Positions 13,645 to 26,707 of a DNA stretch of 64,000 bases are shown piece by piece. The first letter of the stretch is position 1. Each line of letters starts with the position of its first letter. The translations under genes and the position numbers were made by a program. Source of the DNA: Somniosus microcephalus (lineage: Eukaryota). Below the pieces are notes generated by a model that had not been told where the DNA came from, did not search any database, and saw only the letters and a program-made list of their open reading frames with translations. The DNA lies in the NCBI GenBank assembly GCA_052327205.1, contig CM126221.1, positions 43,090,001 to 43,154,000 of the forward strand. Reading direction: 5' to 3'.

Positions 13645-15150
13645 GTATGGTGAAGGTACTCCCACAATGCTGTTCGGAAGAGTGTTTCAGAATTTTGAAC
13701 CAGCGACAATGAAAGAATGATGTGTGTCCAATTCAGGATGGTTTGTGACTTGGAGGGCAACTTGGAGGTAATGGTGTCCCCATGCATCTGCTGTCCTTGT
13801 TCTTCTAGGTGGTGGGGGTTGCAGGTTTGGGAGTTGCTGCCGAAGAAGCTTTGGCGAGTTGTTGCAGTGAATCCTGTAGATATTACACACTGCAGCCACG
13901 GTACACCAATGGTGGATGGAGTGGAATTTTAAGCCAGTGGATAGGGTGCTGAACAAGCGGACTGATTTGCCTTGAATAGCGTCGAGCTTCTTGAGTGTTG
14001 TTGGAGCTACACCCATCCAGGCAGATGCAGTGTGTTCCATTACACTCCTTACTTGTGTCTTGTAGGTGGTAGAGAGGCTTTGGCTAGTCTGGTGGTGTGC
14101 CTCTTGTGGCAAAGTATGCAACCTCTGACCTGATCTAGTAACTACTACATTTATGTGGCTGGTCCAGTTCAGTATCTGGTCACTGGTGACTCCCAGGATG
14201 TTGATAGTGTGGGACTTGGTGATGGTAATACCATTGAATGTCAAGAGGAGGTGTTATGCTCTCTCTTGTTGTCACTTATTAGCCTAAGCCTGAATGTTGT
14301 CCATGTCTTGTTGCATGCAAGCATAGACTGTTTCATTATCTGAGGAATTGCGAATGGAGCTGAACACTGTGCAATCATCAGCGAACAGCCCCACTTCTGA
14401 TGGAGGGAAGGTCATGGATAAAGCAGCTGAATATAGTTATGCCTAGGAGGTTGCCCTGAGGAACTCATGCAGAGATTTCCTGAGGCTGAGATGATTAGCC
14501 TCCAACATAACCATCTTCCTTTGTGCCAGTTGTGACTCCAGCCATGGGAGATTTTCCCCTTGTTCCCATTGACTTCAGTTTTGCTAGGGCTCCTTGATGC
14601 CACATTCAGTGGAATGCTGCATTGATATCAAGGGAAGTAACTCTTACCTCACGTCTGGAATTCAGTTCTTGTAACCATGTTTGGACCGTGGTTCTGGTGG
14701 AACCAAAATAAGTATCAGTGAACAGGTTATTGGTGACAAAGTATTACTTGATAGCACTTTTGATGACTCCTTCCATTGCTTTGATGATTGGGAGTAGGCT
14801 GATGGGGTGGTAATTGGCCGGGTTGGATTTGGCCTGCTTTTGTGGACAAGGCATATACCTGGGAAATTTTCCACATTGTCTGATAGATACCAGTGTTGTA
14901 GCTGCACTGGAACAGCTCAGCCAAGGGTGCAGCTAGTTTTGGAGCACAGGTCTGGAATGTTGTCGGGACCCGTAGCCATTGCTGTATCCAGTGCGCTCAG
15001 CCGATTCTTGATGTCGCATGGAATGTATCGAATTTGCTGAAGGCTGGCATCTATGATAGTGGGGACCGCAGGAAGAGGCCGAGAAGAGTCATCCGCTTGA
15101 CGCTTCTGGCTGAAGATGATTGCAAACACTTCAGCCTTGTCTTTTGCCGT
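13645..15150 (-). mobile_element. Degenerate CR1-group LINE ORF2 3' half
   Basis: ORF 13687-14244 (INILGVT..LNWTSHIN..YKTQVRSVME) and 14917-15240 (ALDTAMATGPDNIP). Confidence 0.85.
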
Positions 15151-17577
15151 TTGCTTTGTGCATTTCTTTGCAAGTAATGCTTGTTGGAAACTTCCCTCCG
15201 GAAAATAAGTGAAACCAGTCTTGACTGATGGTTCGATCATTCTTTATCTCTATTTTCCTTGAACTTATTAGCGACACACAACGTACTCTTTTAAATAATC
15301 TTGAAAGAGGTTTGATCTGTTTTATTTTTAACTTCATTGTCGTTTTTATCTTTGAATTGTAATTTCCTCTAACTGCTCTCTCACTGTTTGATGCTAGGAG
15401 ACTATTTTAGAATTAAAGTTAACGCCTTCATACTCCCCTCTTGGTCCTCGTTGCACTTCTAATGACCTTTTTAAACCTGTTTTGGAAAACTCCTGTACTC
15501 CAAGTGCTCGCCACATTTTCCCTGTAGACGTTGTGTAGGTTGTATTTTTTAATGCCTATTTTGGAGAATGCTTATTTAGCTTGCACTTATTTTTATTGTG
15601 ATATGTACTCCTCTTGCATACTCATCAATACTTTCAAAATGGCTCTGTTGAGATATATTTCAAAATTTCCCAGTTCATTTTTGTTTGTTCTTTACTCATT
15701 CCTGGTGTAAGAAGTACTGATTGGTGTCCACTGATTAGAGTATGTTCACCATGGTCAAAAAAGCTGCTAACATGCCCCATTCTTCTCCCAAAGAATCTGG
15801 TAGATATATTGCTCTATAGCTCTTAGCCACCCTTCAATACCTTCTGAGAATCAGCAAGCTATTTGTTCATGGTAAGTATCTCACTTGATCCCAGTCACTG
15901 GACAGTCATCAGGATTAGGAACCTGGTTGGTTTTTTTGTCCCTATTTCTTTATGGGTATGCTGAGACAACTACTTCAATTGGTGATGAACTATAAGTGAA
16001 ATTGGCTGGCAGGAATTACTGTGTCTGACAGTGAGGGAGATGAATTAAGAGATGAAATTATGAAAGCACTAAAGCACCTCGGGTGAATGTCACTGCATCT
16101 GCTGATACTTAATTTCTCTCCTGCTATTTCTCTAAATAGCTGGGAAGAATCAATTTCATTTGAATTCCCACTCATGGTCTGAAAATGAAAGCAAAAAAGT
16201 TTTCATTCAAAATAGAATATTTTAAGATAAAAACCACTTTGTGAAAAGCACAGCACCTCTGCTGCACAAGTTTTCTTTAGTGGCCAAGTTGGCCCATCAG
16301 TGCAGTGGTTTCAGTAAAGTCATAGTTGCGATTCCATGTGGAAATACTTTAATCCAGTTCAGTGTTTGCTGCACTTGCCCACTGGAAAGGGAGGGCCCTC
16401 TTCAAAGAAGAGGCTTGAACAGTTCTCATCACTGTTGTCGAAGCAAAAAGATGCATCCCCATTCTTGCGTGGTGTGCAGCTCCCTCACAACAAACGTGGC
16501 TGAAACATATGGCAATCAATCAGTCATGTTCTTACTCTGCTTGGAACTCAGGCAATACCAAGCTGCTTGAGCTTGTGCTTGGAGACTCACTCAACAAACT
16601 GTACCTTTCCTCCGCCGCCTGCCCCCCCCCACCCCCAGCACAATAGCCCATCCACTGGCTCTGAGGGCACTGACGCCAACTGACGTGCCAACCATTATGC
16701 AGCAGCATCTTACCCAATCTCCAGGCCTAACCTCAAAACCCAAGACAAAACAAGCTCCTCGTGTAAACCCAGCCACGCCAAGAAACCAGCAAATACCTAA
16801 TAGGAGGATTCTAGCTAGGAATCTTTGCAAAATGAGTGGTGTGCACTAATAATGCAAGTTAATGAATGTTAAACTGGATATTGAATGTCATCAGGGCTGT
16901 AAAGTTTGTAAATGAAGGATTAGAGGAAGAGAAGAGGGTGTCATTACATTCAAACTAAATAAGAGCACTTAATTTGAGTGACACGGGGAGAATCCTCGAA
17001 AGATTTGTAGCAGTGTCGAACCGTATTTTGGTTTACAGTGACTTTTCATTTTGACGGTGTAATGTTAAGTTCTTGTAGCTGACCATGCAGAACATGTATA
17101 ATTGATTCCTTTTAATGAGCGCAGGTGGAGAATCAGTTTAGTGAAATATATGTAAATGTCAAGTGTCTGAACTTATTGCCACTTGAAGAGCTTTCCTACA
17201 ATAGCATTATCTTTAGTAAAGACGTTAAATCATGATGTAAAATTCTATGCGCGCTGTGCAGTTCTGTTACTGAAAACAAGCCACTAACCAACTGATAACA
17301 GCTTCTTATTTATTGCAGCCATAGTCAGATCATTTGATTAATCTCCATTTGCCAAGCACTATTGGATGGGTGCAAGGATGTCAGCCTGGACCTTGTATTC
17401 AAGTTAAAGCAAGAAATTAGTTACAGAAATGTTGTTGGTTGCTGGTTCTGATGATTTTTGTTTAAGATGGGACAAAATTATTACTTTCAGTGCTATTAAA
17501 TTTTTGTATTTATGCAAGGCCATTTTGGGGTGTGCTAATGCAAAAGTGGTGGTGTAACTCAGGATTTAAGTTATTTT

Positions 17578-18760
17578 TTAAAATTCATTCACGGGATGTG
17601 GGTGTCACTGGCAAGGCCAGCATTTAATGCCCATCCCTAATTGCCCTTGAGAAGATGGTGGTGAGCTGCCGCCTTGAACCGCTGCAGTCCATATGGTGTA
17701 GGTACACCCACAATGCTGTTTGGAAGGGAGTTCCAGGATTTTGGCCCAGCGACAGTGAAGGAACGGTGATACAGGTCCAAGTCAGGATGGTGTGTGGCTT
17801 GGAGGGGAACTTGTAGGTGGTGATGTTCCCATGCGTCTGCTGCCCTTGTCCTTCTAAGTGGTAGAGGTCGCGGGTTTGGATGGTGCTGTTGAAGGAGCTT
17901 TGGCGAGTTACTGCAGTGCATCTTGTAGATGGGACACACTGCAGCCACAGTGCGCCGGTGGTGGGGGGAGTGCTGATCAAGCGGGCTGCTTTATCCTGAA
18001 TGGTGTCGAGCTTCTTGAGTGTTGTTGGAGCTGCACTCATCCAGGCAAGTGGAGAGTATTCCATCACACTCCTGACTTGTGCCTTGTAGATGGTGGAAAG
18101 GCTTCGGGGAGTCAGGAGGTGAGACACTTGCTGCAGAATTCCCAGCCTCTGGCCTGCTCTTGTAGCCACAGTATTTATATGGCTGGTCCAGTTCAGTTTC
18201 TGATCAATGGTAACCCCCAGGATGTTGATAGTGGGGGATTCAGTGATGGTAATGCCATTGAAAGTCAAGGGGAGATGGTTAGAGTCTCGCTTGTTGGAGA
18301 TGGTCATTGCCTGGCACTTGTGTGGTGCGAATGTTACTTGTCAGCCCAAGTCTGAATGTTGTCCAGGTCTTGCTGCATATGGACACGGACTGTGTCAGTA
18401 TCTGACGAGTCTCGAATGGTGCTGAACAGTGTGCAATCATCAGCGAACATCCCCACTTCTGACCTTATGATGGAGGGAAGATCATTGATGAAACAGCTGA
18501 AGATGGTTGGGCCTAGGACACTGCCCTGAGGAACTCCTGCAGTGATGTCATGCGATTGAGATGAATGACCTCCAACAACCACAGCCAACTTCCTTTGAGC
18601 TAGGTATGATTCCAACCAATGGAGAGTTTTCCCATTGACTTCAGTTTTGCTAGGGCTCCTTGATGCCACACTCGATCAAATGCTGCCTTGATGTCAAGGG
18701 CAGTCACTCTCCCCTCACCTCTTGAGTTCAGCTCTTTTGTCCATGTTTGGACCAAGGCTG
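17578..18760 (-). mobile_element. CR1-group LINE 3' portion (same family as 13645 and 20182)
   Basis: ORFs 18334-18669 (GVPQGSVLGPTIFSCFINDL..MFADD) and 17624-18307; 3' UTR with aataaa-like end near 17580-17630. Confidence 0.88.
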
Positions 18761-19170
18761 TTGCCCATCCCTAATAGCCCTTGAGAAGGTGGTGGTGAGC
18801 CGCCTTCTTGAACCGCTGCAGTCCGTGTGGTGAAGGTGCTCTCACAGTGCTGACTTTGTCATAGCAGTTTGGTACAACTGAGTGGCTTGCTAGGCCATTT
18901 CAGAGGAATGTTCAGAGTCAACCACATTACTGTGGGTCTGGAGTCACATATTGGGTAAGGACGGCAGATTTCCTTCCATAAAGGACATTAGTGAACCAGT
19001 TGGGTTTTTCCAACAATCCGGTAGTTTCATGGTCACCATTAATGATACTAGCTTTTTAATTCCAAATTTATTTAATTAGCTGAATTTAAATTTCCCAGCT
19101 GCCGTGGTGGGATTTGAACTCATGTCTCTGGATCATTAGTCCAGTAACATAACCACTATGCTATCGTACC
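18760..19170 (-). mobile_element. tRNA-headed SINE sharing its 3' tail with the adjacent LINE family
   Basis: The minus strand has tagcatagtggtta (A box) and gagttcaaatccc (B box) near 19110-19165. Its tail at 18760-18850 duplicates the LINE tail at 17630-17720. Confidence 0.6.
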
Positions 19171-19289
19171 TCCTAATCTGGTTTTGTACCACTTGAGCTT
19201 CATGCGGAGAGTAGCACAACAGCGTCTGCTGCAAAACCATATTTTTTAAAATGCCCAGTAGTCCATTGGAATTCCTTGGGGCTTTTATA

Positions 19290-19925
19290 ATGTTAGAATA
19301 TAGTGAACGCCTCTGGGGTGGTAAAGGGGAATGTGGGTCCATTAAAGACAGATGCATGCAAAACTATAATGGATAATAAGGAAATGGTAGACTTGTTAAA
19401 TGCGTATTATCCGTTTTCACAGTGGAGGAAGAGGACAAAATACCAGTGGAACAAGGGAATGTAAAATAATTCAAGGGGAGGATCTTACTGGATTTAATGT
19501 GTTAAAAATTGGTAATGGAGAAAGTAATGGGACTTAAGATAGAAAAATCTCTAGTACCTGATGGTTTCCATCCCAGAGTATTGAAAGAAATAGGTGAAGA
19601 AATTGTAGATGCACGAGTCATAATTTTCTAAAGCTCTCTAGATTCAGGAATTGTGCCTTTGGATTGGAAAATACAGACCCATAATTTTTAACATCAGTTC
19701 TGTGAAAGTTAATGGAATATATCATTAGACACAGAGTGACTGAGATCTTGGACAAGTATGAGCTGATCAAAAGACTCAGCTTGGATTTGTGAAGGGTAGG
19801 TCATATCTGATTAATCTAGTTGGATTTTTTTGAGAAGGTCATTGGCATGGCAGATAGGTGTTGTTTATATGGAGGGCATTTGATAAGGTTACACACTAGA
19901 GAATATTAGCAAAAATGAAAGCGCT
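19290..19925 (+). mobile_element. Old CR1 ORF2 fragment
   Basis: Degenerate KSPGPDGFHPRVLKE-like and GFVKGRS-like segments collinear with the CR1 at 60055-62255. Confidence 0.7.
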
Positions 19926-20182
19926 TTCTGTCACTTAGCCAATTTCGTATCTATGCTGGCACTGTCCCTTTTATTCCATGGGCTTCAACTTTGCTGGCAA
20001 GCCTATTATGTGGCACTTCATGGCCTTTTGGAAGTCCATGTACACCACATCAACTGCATTGCCCTCATCAACTCTCTGTAACCTCATCAAAAAATTCAAT
20101 CAAGGTAACTAAACACAATTTGCTGGCTTTTCTTAATGAATCCACACTTGTCCAACTGACTTAATTTTGTCCCGGATTATCA
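19925..20182 (-). mobile_element. CR1 RT fragment in opposite orientation
   Basis: ccttttggaagtccatgtacaccacatcaactg is the reverse of the VDVVYMDFQKA motif. Confidence 0.7.
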
Positions 20183-22020
20183 TTTGAACACCACTTGGAA
20201 GAAGCACTGAGGGTAGCAAGGGCACAGAATGTACTCTGGGTGGGGGGCTTCAGTGTCCCTCACCAACAGTGGCCCGGTAGCACCACTACTGACCGAGTTG
20301 GCCGAGTCCTGAAGGACCTAGCTGCCAGGCTGAAGCATTTGCAACCATCTTCAAGCAGAAGTGCTGAGTGGATGGTCCATTTCAGCCTCCTCCTGAGGTC
20401 CCCACCATCACAAAAGCCTGTCTTCAGCCAATTCAGTTCACTCCACGTGATATAAAGAAACGGCTGAGCGTACCGGACACAGCAAAGGCCATGGGCCCCA
20501 ACAACATCCCGGCTGTCGCGCTGAAGCCTTGTGCTCCAGAACTAGCCGCGCCGCTAGCCAAGCTGTTCCAGTACAGCTACAACACTGGTATCTAACCGAC
20601 ATTGTGGAAAACTGGCCAGGTATGTCCTGTCCACAAAAAGTAGGACCAATTCAATCTGGCCAATTACCGCCCCATCAGTCTACTCTCAATCATCAGCAAA
20701 GTGATGGAAGGTGTTGTGGACAGTGCTATCAAGTGGCACTTACTCACCAATAACCTGCGCAATGATGCTCAGTTTGGGTTCCGCCAGGACCACTCGGCTC
20801 CAGACCACATTACAGCCTTGGTCCAAACATGGACAAAAGAGCTGAATTCCAGAGGTGAGGTGAGAGTGACTGCCCTTGACATCAAGGCAGCATTTGACCG
20901 AGTGTGGCATCAGGGAGCCCTAGTAAAATTGAAGTCAATCGGAATCGGAGGAAAACTCTCCACTGGCTGGAGTCATACCTAGAACGAAGGAAGATGGTTG
21001 TGGTTGCTGGCGGTCAATCGTATCAGCCCCAAGACATTGCTGCATGAGTTCCTCAGGGCAGTGTCCTAGGCCCAACCATCTTCAGCTGCTTCATCAGTGA
21101 CCTTCCCTCCATCATAAGGTCAGAAGTGGGGATGTTCGCTGATGATTGCACAGTGTTCAGTTCCATTCGCAACTCCTCAGTTAATGAAGCAGTCCATGCC
21201 TGCATGACATTCAGTCTTGGGCTGATGAGTGGCAAGTAACATTTGCGCCACACAAATGCCAGGCAATGACCATCTCCAACAAGCGAAAGTCTAACAACCA
21301 CCTCTTGACATTCAACAGCATTACCATTGCTGAATCCCCCACCATCAACATCCTGGTGGTCATCATTGACCAGAAACTTAACTGGACCAGCCACATAAAT
21401 ACTGTGGCAACAAGAGCAGGTCAGAGGCTGGGTATTCTGTGGTAAGTCTCTCTCACCACCTGGCTCCCCAAAGCCTTTCCACCATCTACAAGGCTCAAGT
21501 CAGGAGTGTGATGGATTACTCTCCACTTGCCTGGATGAGTGCAGCTCCAACAACACTCGAAGCTCGACACCATCCAGGACAAAGCAGCCTGCTTGATTGG
21601 CACTGGATCCATCATCTTAAACATTCACTCCCTCCACCACCGGTGTACTGTGGCTGCAGTGTGTACCATCTACAAGATGCACTGCAGCAACTCGCCGAGG
21701 CTTCTTTGTAGCACCTTCCAAACCCACAACCTCTACCACCTAGAAGGACAAGGACAGCAGGCGCATGGGAATACCATCACCTGCAAGTTCCCCTCCAAGT
21801 TACACACCATCTTGACTTGGAAATATATCGCCGTTCCTTCATCGTCGCTGTGTCAAAATCCTGGAACTCCCTCCCTAACAGCACTGTGGGTGTACCTTCA
21901 CCACATGGACTACAGCAGTTCAAGAAGGTGGCTCACCGCCACTTTCTTGAGGACAGTTAAGGATGGTCAATAAATGCTGGCCTTGCCAGTGATCTCCACA
22001 TCCCAGGAACTAATTTTAAA
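20183..22020 (+). mobile_element. CR1-group LINE, 5'-truncated and internally deleted ORF2 with 3' UTR
   Basis: KAMGPNNIP, QFGFRQDHSAPD, ALDIKAAFDRVWH and MFADD motifs; aataaa and short A tail near 21969-22023. Confidence 0.88.
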
Positions 22021-22029
22021 AAACTACTT

Positions 22030-22750
22030 TGAATCCAAGAAAGACAAATCAGAATATTTTCTTAATGGTGAGAGACTAGGAATTGTGGTCAAGCAAAAGG
22101 ATTTGTGTCCATGTGCACAGATCACTAAATGCAAGTATATAACATAATCAAAAAGCTAATGGGATGTTCATCTTTATTGCAAGGGCATTGGAATACAAAT
22201 CTAAGGAAGTGATGCTTCAGTTGCACATAGCCGTGGTATGTTTTGTGCACTGAACCTCAGGAAAGATGTATTGGCCTTGGCGGGGGTACAGTGCGGATTT
22301 ACCAGAATGATGCCAGGGCTTAAAAGGGTAAATTATGAGGACAGGTTGCATAAACTTTGTTTGTATTCCTTTGAATTTAGAAGGTTGAGGGGTGATTTAA
22401 TTGAGGTCTTTAAAATGATAAAAGGATTTGATAGGCTGGATACAGAGGAACTCTTTCCTCTGGTGGGGGAATCTGAACAAGGGGCATAATCTTAAAATTA
22501 GAGCCAGGCCATTTAGGAGTGAAATAAGGAAGCCGTTTTTCTCACACAGGGCAGTTGAAATTTGGAACTCCCTCCTCCAAAAGGCTGTGGGTGCTGGATT
22601 AATTAAAATTTTGAGAGATTGAGATTGATCGATTTTCTTGGGGGATATGGCGCAGCGGTGAGTAAATGGAGTTGAGGTTCTGATCACCCATGATCTAATA
22701 GTGGTTTGATGGGCTGAATGGCCGACTCCTGTTACGATGTTATGTTCCTG
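22030..22750 (+). mobile_element. CR1 LINE 3' end
   Basis: FTRMMPGL..RRLRGDLIEVFK ORF (22238-22489) and tail gggctgaatggccgactcctgtt. Confidence 0.8.
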
Positions 22751-24791
22751 AGGATAGGCACCATGCAATCTGCACGTGTGTGTGCCCAAACTTTACCATT
22801 TACAAAAATACTCTTTAAAAACAACTCGAGCAGTTGTTGCTTTCTGTTTATTACCCTTGGTTCAGTTTTGCTGTTTGGTTGGCAGCTTTGCACTGCAGCC
22901 TTCCCCTGTACTTGTGTTGGATACACGTCATCTACAATCAGGTTCTGTGTACACTTTTAGAAGAACTGAAGACCTGTACAATATGTGAAATATCAGCTTG
23001 TATTTTTAAGCAGTTTTATACTGTTTTAGTCAATGAAGGTTGAGAAATATAAACTACACAGCAGAATTCTGTTGGAAGTAGGGTGGCAGTGATGAGCAAA
23101 GTGAGAAATATCAGTGCTACAGAATGGGCAATGTTTTGAACACTTACATCATACACTTGTAGGTCAGATGTAGCTTGGGTTAATTCATTGTCTACTGTAC
23201 CAAGAATGTAACAAAAAGATCAATTCACACCAGTACCTCCCACTGCGTCAATCTGACTTCCATTTCCCACACTACCTGTCCTTGTGGCCTCTAGAAGTAA
23301 TATTGCCAATTTATTGTAATTTAAACAAAATCAAAAACATCTATGTTGCAGTGGTTTGTAAGAGACTGATATTTCCCTGAACTGGTGGATTCAAAAGACA
23401 ATATGGTGATTTAGTAAATATTTTCTAAAGTAACAAATATCTGTGCATGAAAGCTGTACAGTAATTGAATCTTGGGGTTCAGGAAACACAGGTGCTGTTG
23501 TCTCAATTTTGATGTACTTACATTCTGTAACTTTAATCTATCATTTATTTTTAATCATATTCAAAGTTAATCTTCTCAAAACTGCTTTCTATGTAGAATT
23601 GCAAGCTCCAGATATAATGCAGCTGATAGAATTTTTTTGCATAAACTGTTGCAGGCTTTGGCTTAGGGTCAGTTAGGTGTTGTATTTCTACTTTACCACA
23701 TGGAGTATCCCTATCAGAGGATGGCCAGGAGCAACCAAACTGCTTCATACATAGTGTGTCTAACGTATACGTATTTGTTATGGCTAAATCATTGCCAAAA
23801 ATTAACTTTTCAGACAAAAAAGGAAGACGCATAGAAAATCAAATCAAATGAAGTATTTTTTTATATTTATAGTGACAGTAGTTATCAATCCATTGAAATG
23901 AAGAGCTGAGAGACATTGAGACACTTTTTTTCCTCCCAAAAGGTACAAAATTATTGAGTCTCACCCGGGAGATTGCTCAACACATCACATCATTCATGAT
24001 AAACTCAGTGTTCTCTCTTTTTACACCACCTCACCCCCCCGTACAAGAACCACATGCTTGTTAATTATTCACATCCATTGCAACCGTTTATTCGAATGGT
24101 ATCTGTTGACAGATGCAGATTTAAAAAGGTTTATGATGCAGGAAAGCTGTGAGATGTGCGAGTGTTGCGTGACTGACTGACTAGGTGTGGATTGCCACAG
24201 CCCTGCTCGCGCTTGTAATTTCAGTGGGTGTAAAATCACGAAAGTTAACATGTCTGCTGGTTACTGTGATTTTAAACAAATTACCCAGACCTCCTTTGAA
24301 AGAAAGCTCTTTGAATCGCCTTTGCGTTTTCTTTTAGAAATAATAATATCCACACATGCTCATTATTTACTGCTGTGGAGGAGTAGAGAATTATCCCAGG
24401 GACACTGTCGTCCTCCTTATCACATAAGTAGCATTGCAGCCCATGGAGGTTGGGACTCGCTCATCCTCTTGGCCTTCAGGTGGTTCATATTCCAGGGATA
24501 CAGGGGACACCAAGGAGAAAATGGAGCGAGTCATAGTTTTTCAAACATTCAAAATCCATTCAAATAGTGTGGCACTACTTTTTTCATGTACTTCAGTGCA
24601 GTATGTTTTCTATAATCTATTTTATCCTTAGAATGCATAATGTAAAGCATGCTTTTCAAACTACAGGAAACTTTGTGATATCTGGCACCGACGGGACCGA
24701 GCTGTTGCCGTCCCATCAAAAGTGCCGGACATACCAGCGTTAATGTTGAAGCATACGGAGGTTTTCATCTCCGTATCTGACAACAAACACA

Positions 24792-24855
24792 GTTGCTTAG
24801 CAACAGCTTCAAACAGTCGGCCCGTACCTTGGAAGCGTCTCTGTAGCTTAGCAAC
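24792..24855. promoter_or_regulatory. Tandem RFX X-box motifs (GTTGCTTAGCAAC 24792-24804; GTAGCTTAGCAAC 24843-24855)
   Basis: Two near-palindromic X-box-like sites 51 bp apart, within a direct repeat gcttagcaacagcttca, in a locally CpG-enriched non-repeat region. Confidence 0.55.
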
Positions 24856-25009
24856 AGCTTCAGAGAGACTTTCCAGAGCCTGACTGTTGAGGAAAAAAAA
24901 GCCACGAGAAGAAAAAAAACCTAACAAAACAGCTCCTGATTTCTGCCGGTAGATCGAGGTTTCCGGACATACAACCTCCGGATAAACCAAAGTCTCCTGT
25001 ATAGTAGAA

Positions 25010-25024
25010 ATGTGGTTCACTTCG
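25010..25024 (+). CDS. Candidate coding end of an alternative first exon (MWFTS)
   Basis: gaaATG TGG TTC ACT TCG|gtaagg: purine at -3, strong donor, phase 0 compatible with the exon at 25879, in-frame upstream stop at 24983. No homology evidence. Confidence 0.35.
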
Positions 25025-25494
25025 GTAAGGATTAATTTTCAGATTAAACTGCTACTGTGCAATGATATTGAGAGCCCTTTGAATACAAATGAGGCCTAGT
25101 CAAATAATTTATAGCTGCCATGGAGGGGAACTTGATTTACCGAATCATTTTTTCTTTTACGTTTACAAAAACTATTCATCAGCCAATCTGCCAATGTTTG
25201 TTTCACTGACTGAGCAGGTCAGAAGGCAACATAACAGCTCTTCTTTGTGAAACCTGTGGTTTTTTTTAAAGAAAGGAAATGTAGGAATGTTGAACCTTTC
25301 TTCCTGCCCCAAAATCCCACTTCCTTTCTGAAGCGTTTTAGTCCAATTTCTGACCTGCCTTTTTGTGTGTCTATGATTACATCAGTTTTCTCAAAAAACT
25401 TGTTTGCAACCCTTAATTTTGTGACCCCTTTAGGCAGGCTTGCTCATCAGAATGTAACAAACGCTTATTATAAATGTAAGCACATGGCCACCTG

Positions 25495-25780
25495 CACCGT
25501 CAGCTGATCTCAGCAAGGGTGGTGGCAGAACAATTGGTTTCAGTGACCCTGGGCTAGGGAGCGGAAAATTGCTCAGACTTCTTGCTTGTGATCACTACCT
25601 ATTGACCCTGCTACTACTGCCAATGTGTGGACACAAGATGAGGTTAGGAATATCATGGTAGAATAGCCGGCCAGCACTCATTGCCCCAGCTCCCAAGTGA
25701 AAAATGGTCACTTCGGTGTGCTCCTGGAGAGCTGCCAACTGCAGAACTGTACCCCAGGAGGAATTGCTGATTTCAAAAAA
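25495..25780 (+). mobile_element. Ancient interspersed SINE-like repeat (family not named)
   Basis: agctgatctcagc..caattggtttcagtg..ctgggctaggg core recurs, diverged, at ~36280-36620 (+) and ~15870-15975 (-). Confidence 0.45.
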
Positions 25781-25878
25781 GGAGAAAGGGAAGAAATCTG
25801 AGTAATTGAAATACGTGCTAAAAACTTTAGTTGCTATACTGCAGAGGAAAAGTTGATTTAAAATGATTTTTTTTTTAG

Positions 25879-25968
25879 GTACGGAAACACATAAATGATC
25901 TCTATGAAGATCTACGCGATGGACATAACTTGATCTCCCTCTTAGAAGTCCTCTCTGGGGTGACTCTG
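25879..25968 (+). CDS. MACF1: Spectraplakin CH1 exon, [30 protein letters not shown] (90 nt, phase 0/0)
   Basis: Poly-T tract plus AG acceptor (ttttttag|GTA CGG) and CTG|gtaagt donor. The translation matches the plectin/dystonin/MACF1 CH1 motif [21 protein letters not shown]; 'VRKHIND' is the MACF1-type reading as I recall it. Confidence 0.95.
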
Positions 25969-26707
25969 GTAAGTGCTATTTTTATAATTTTAAGTGAGTA
26001 CATTGCAGAATGCTTAATATGAACTCTGATTAGATGAAATACTGCTTAAGAATTTTTACAATACATCAGTCTATCTAGATTATTTTAAAAAATGAAAATT
26101 TATGCCCTCTTCGAGCCATCTGATTGGCCCTTTCAATCGCCTTGTGGGGATCATGCAATCCCTGAAGATTATTTCTATCTTTCATTTTTAAAAATGTATT
26201 TATTAACAATGCTATAGGATATCTACTGTACATTGTAGTGAAAAGAAGTTGTGTTTGTCAACAGAGATCGATTATCTAAAATGTCATTAGTGTAAAAGCA
26301 TTTTTGTTTTACTTGTCAATTTTTTTTTTTAACTCCCATGGATTTTAGCTATCATGTTTACAGCTGATTGTAGGCGCTGAACTACAATTGAGATAGGGCC
26401 CTTGTTAGTGTGTTTCATATTTTCTCACCTAAATCAGCTTGCATCAATTTTGTCCATGTAACAACATGGCAGAGAGTGGAAATTTACCATCTGGATGTTC
26501 CCAGTATAATTTCAGAGGATTGCAGTGCTTTCTCAACACTATACAGGATTTAATTTGTAACACACACTGATGACATCTAGTGGGTGAGAATCAGTACGGC
26601 AACATTTTTTCATTAAAGCAGTCTGATATATGTATTGCTGACCACAGGCAGCAATAGATGAAGTAACTGCTTTGTGTGATCATGGATAATGTGCGTCACT
26701 TGTTTAC

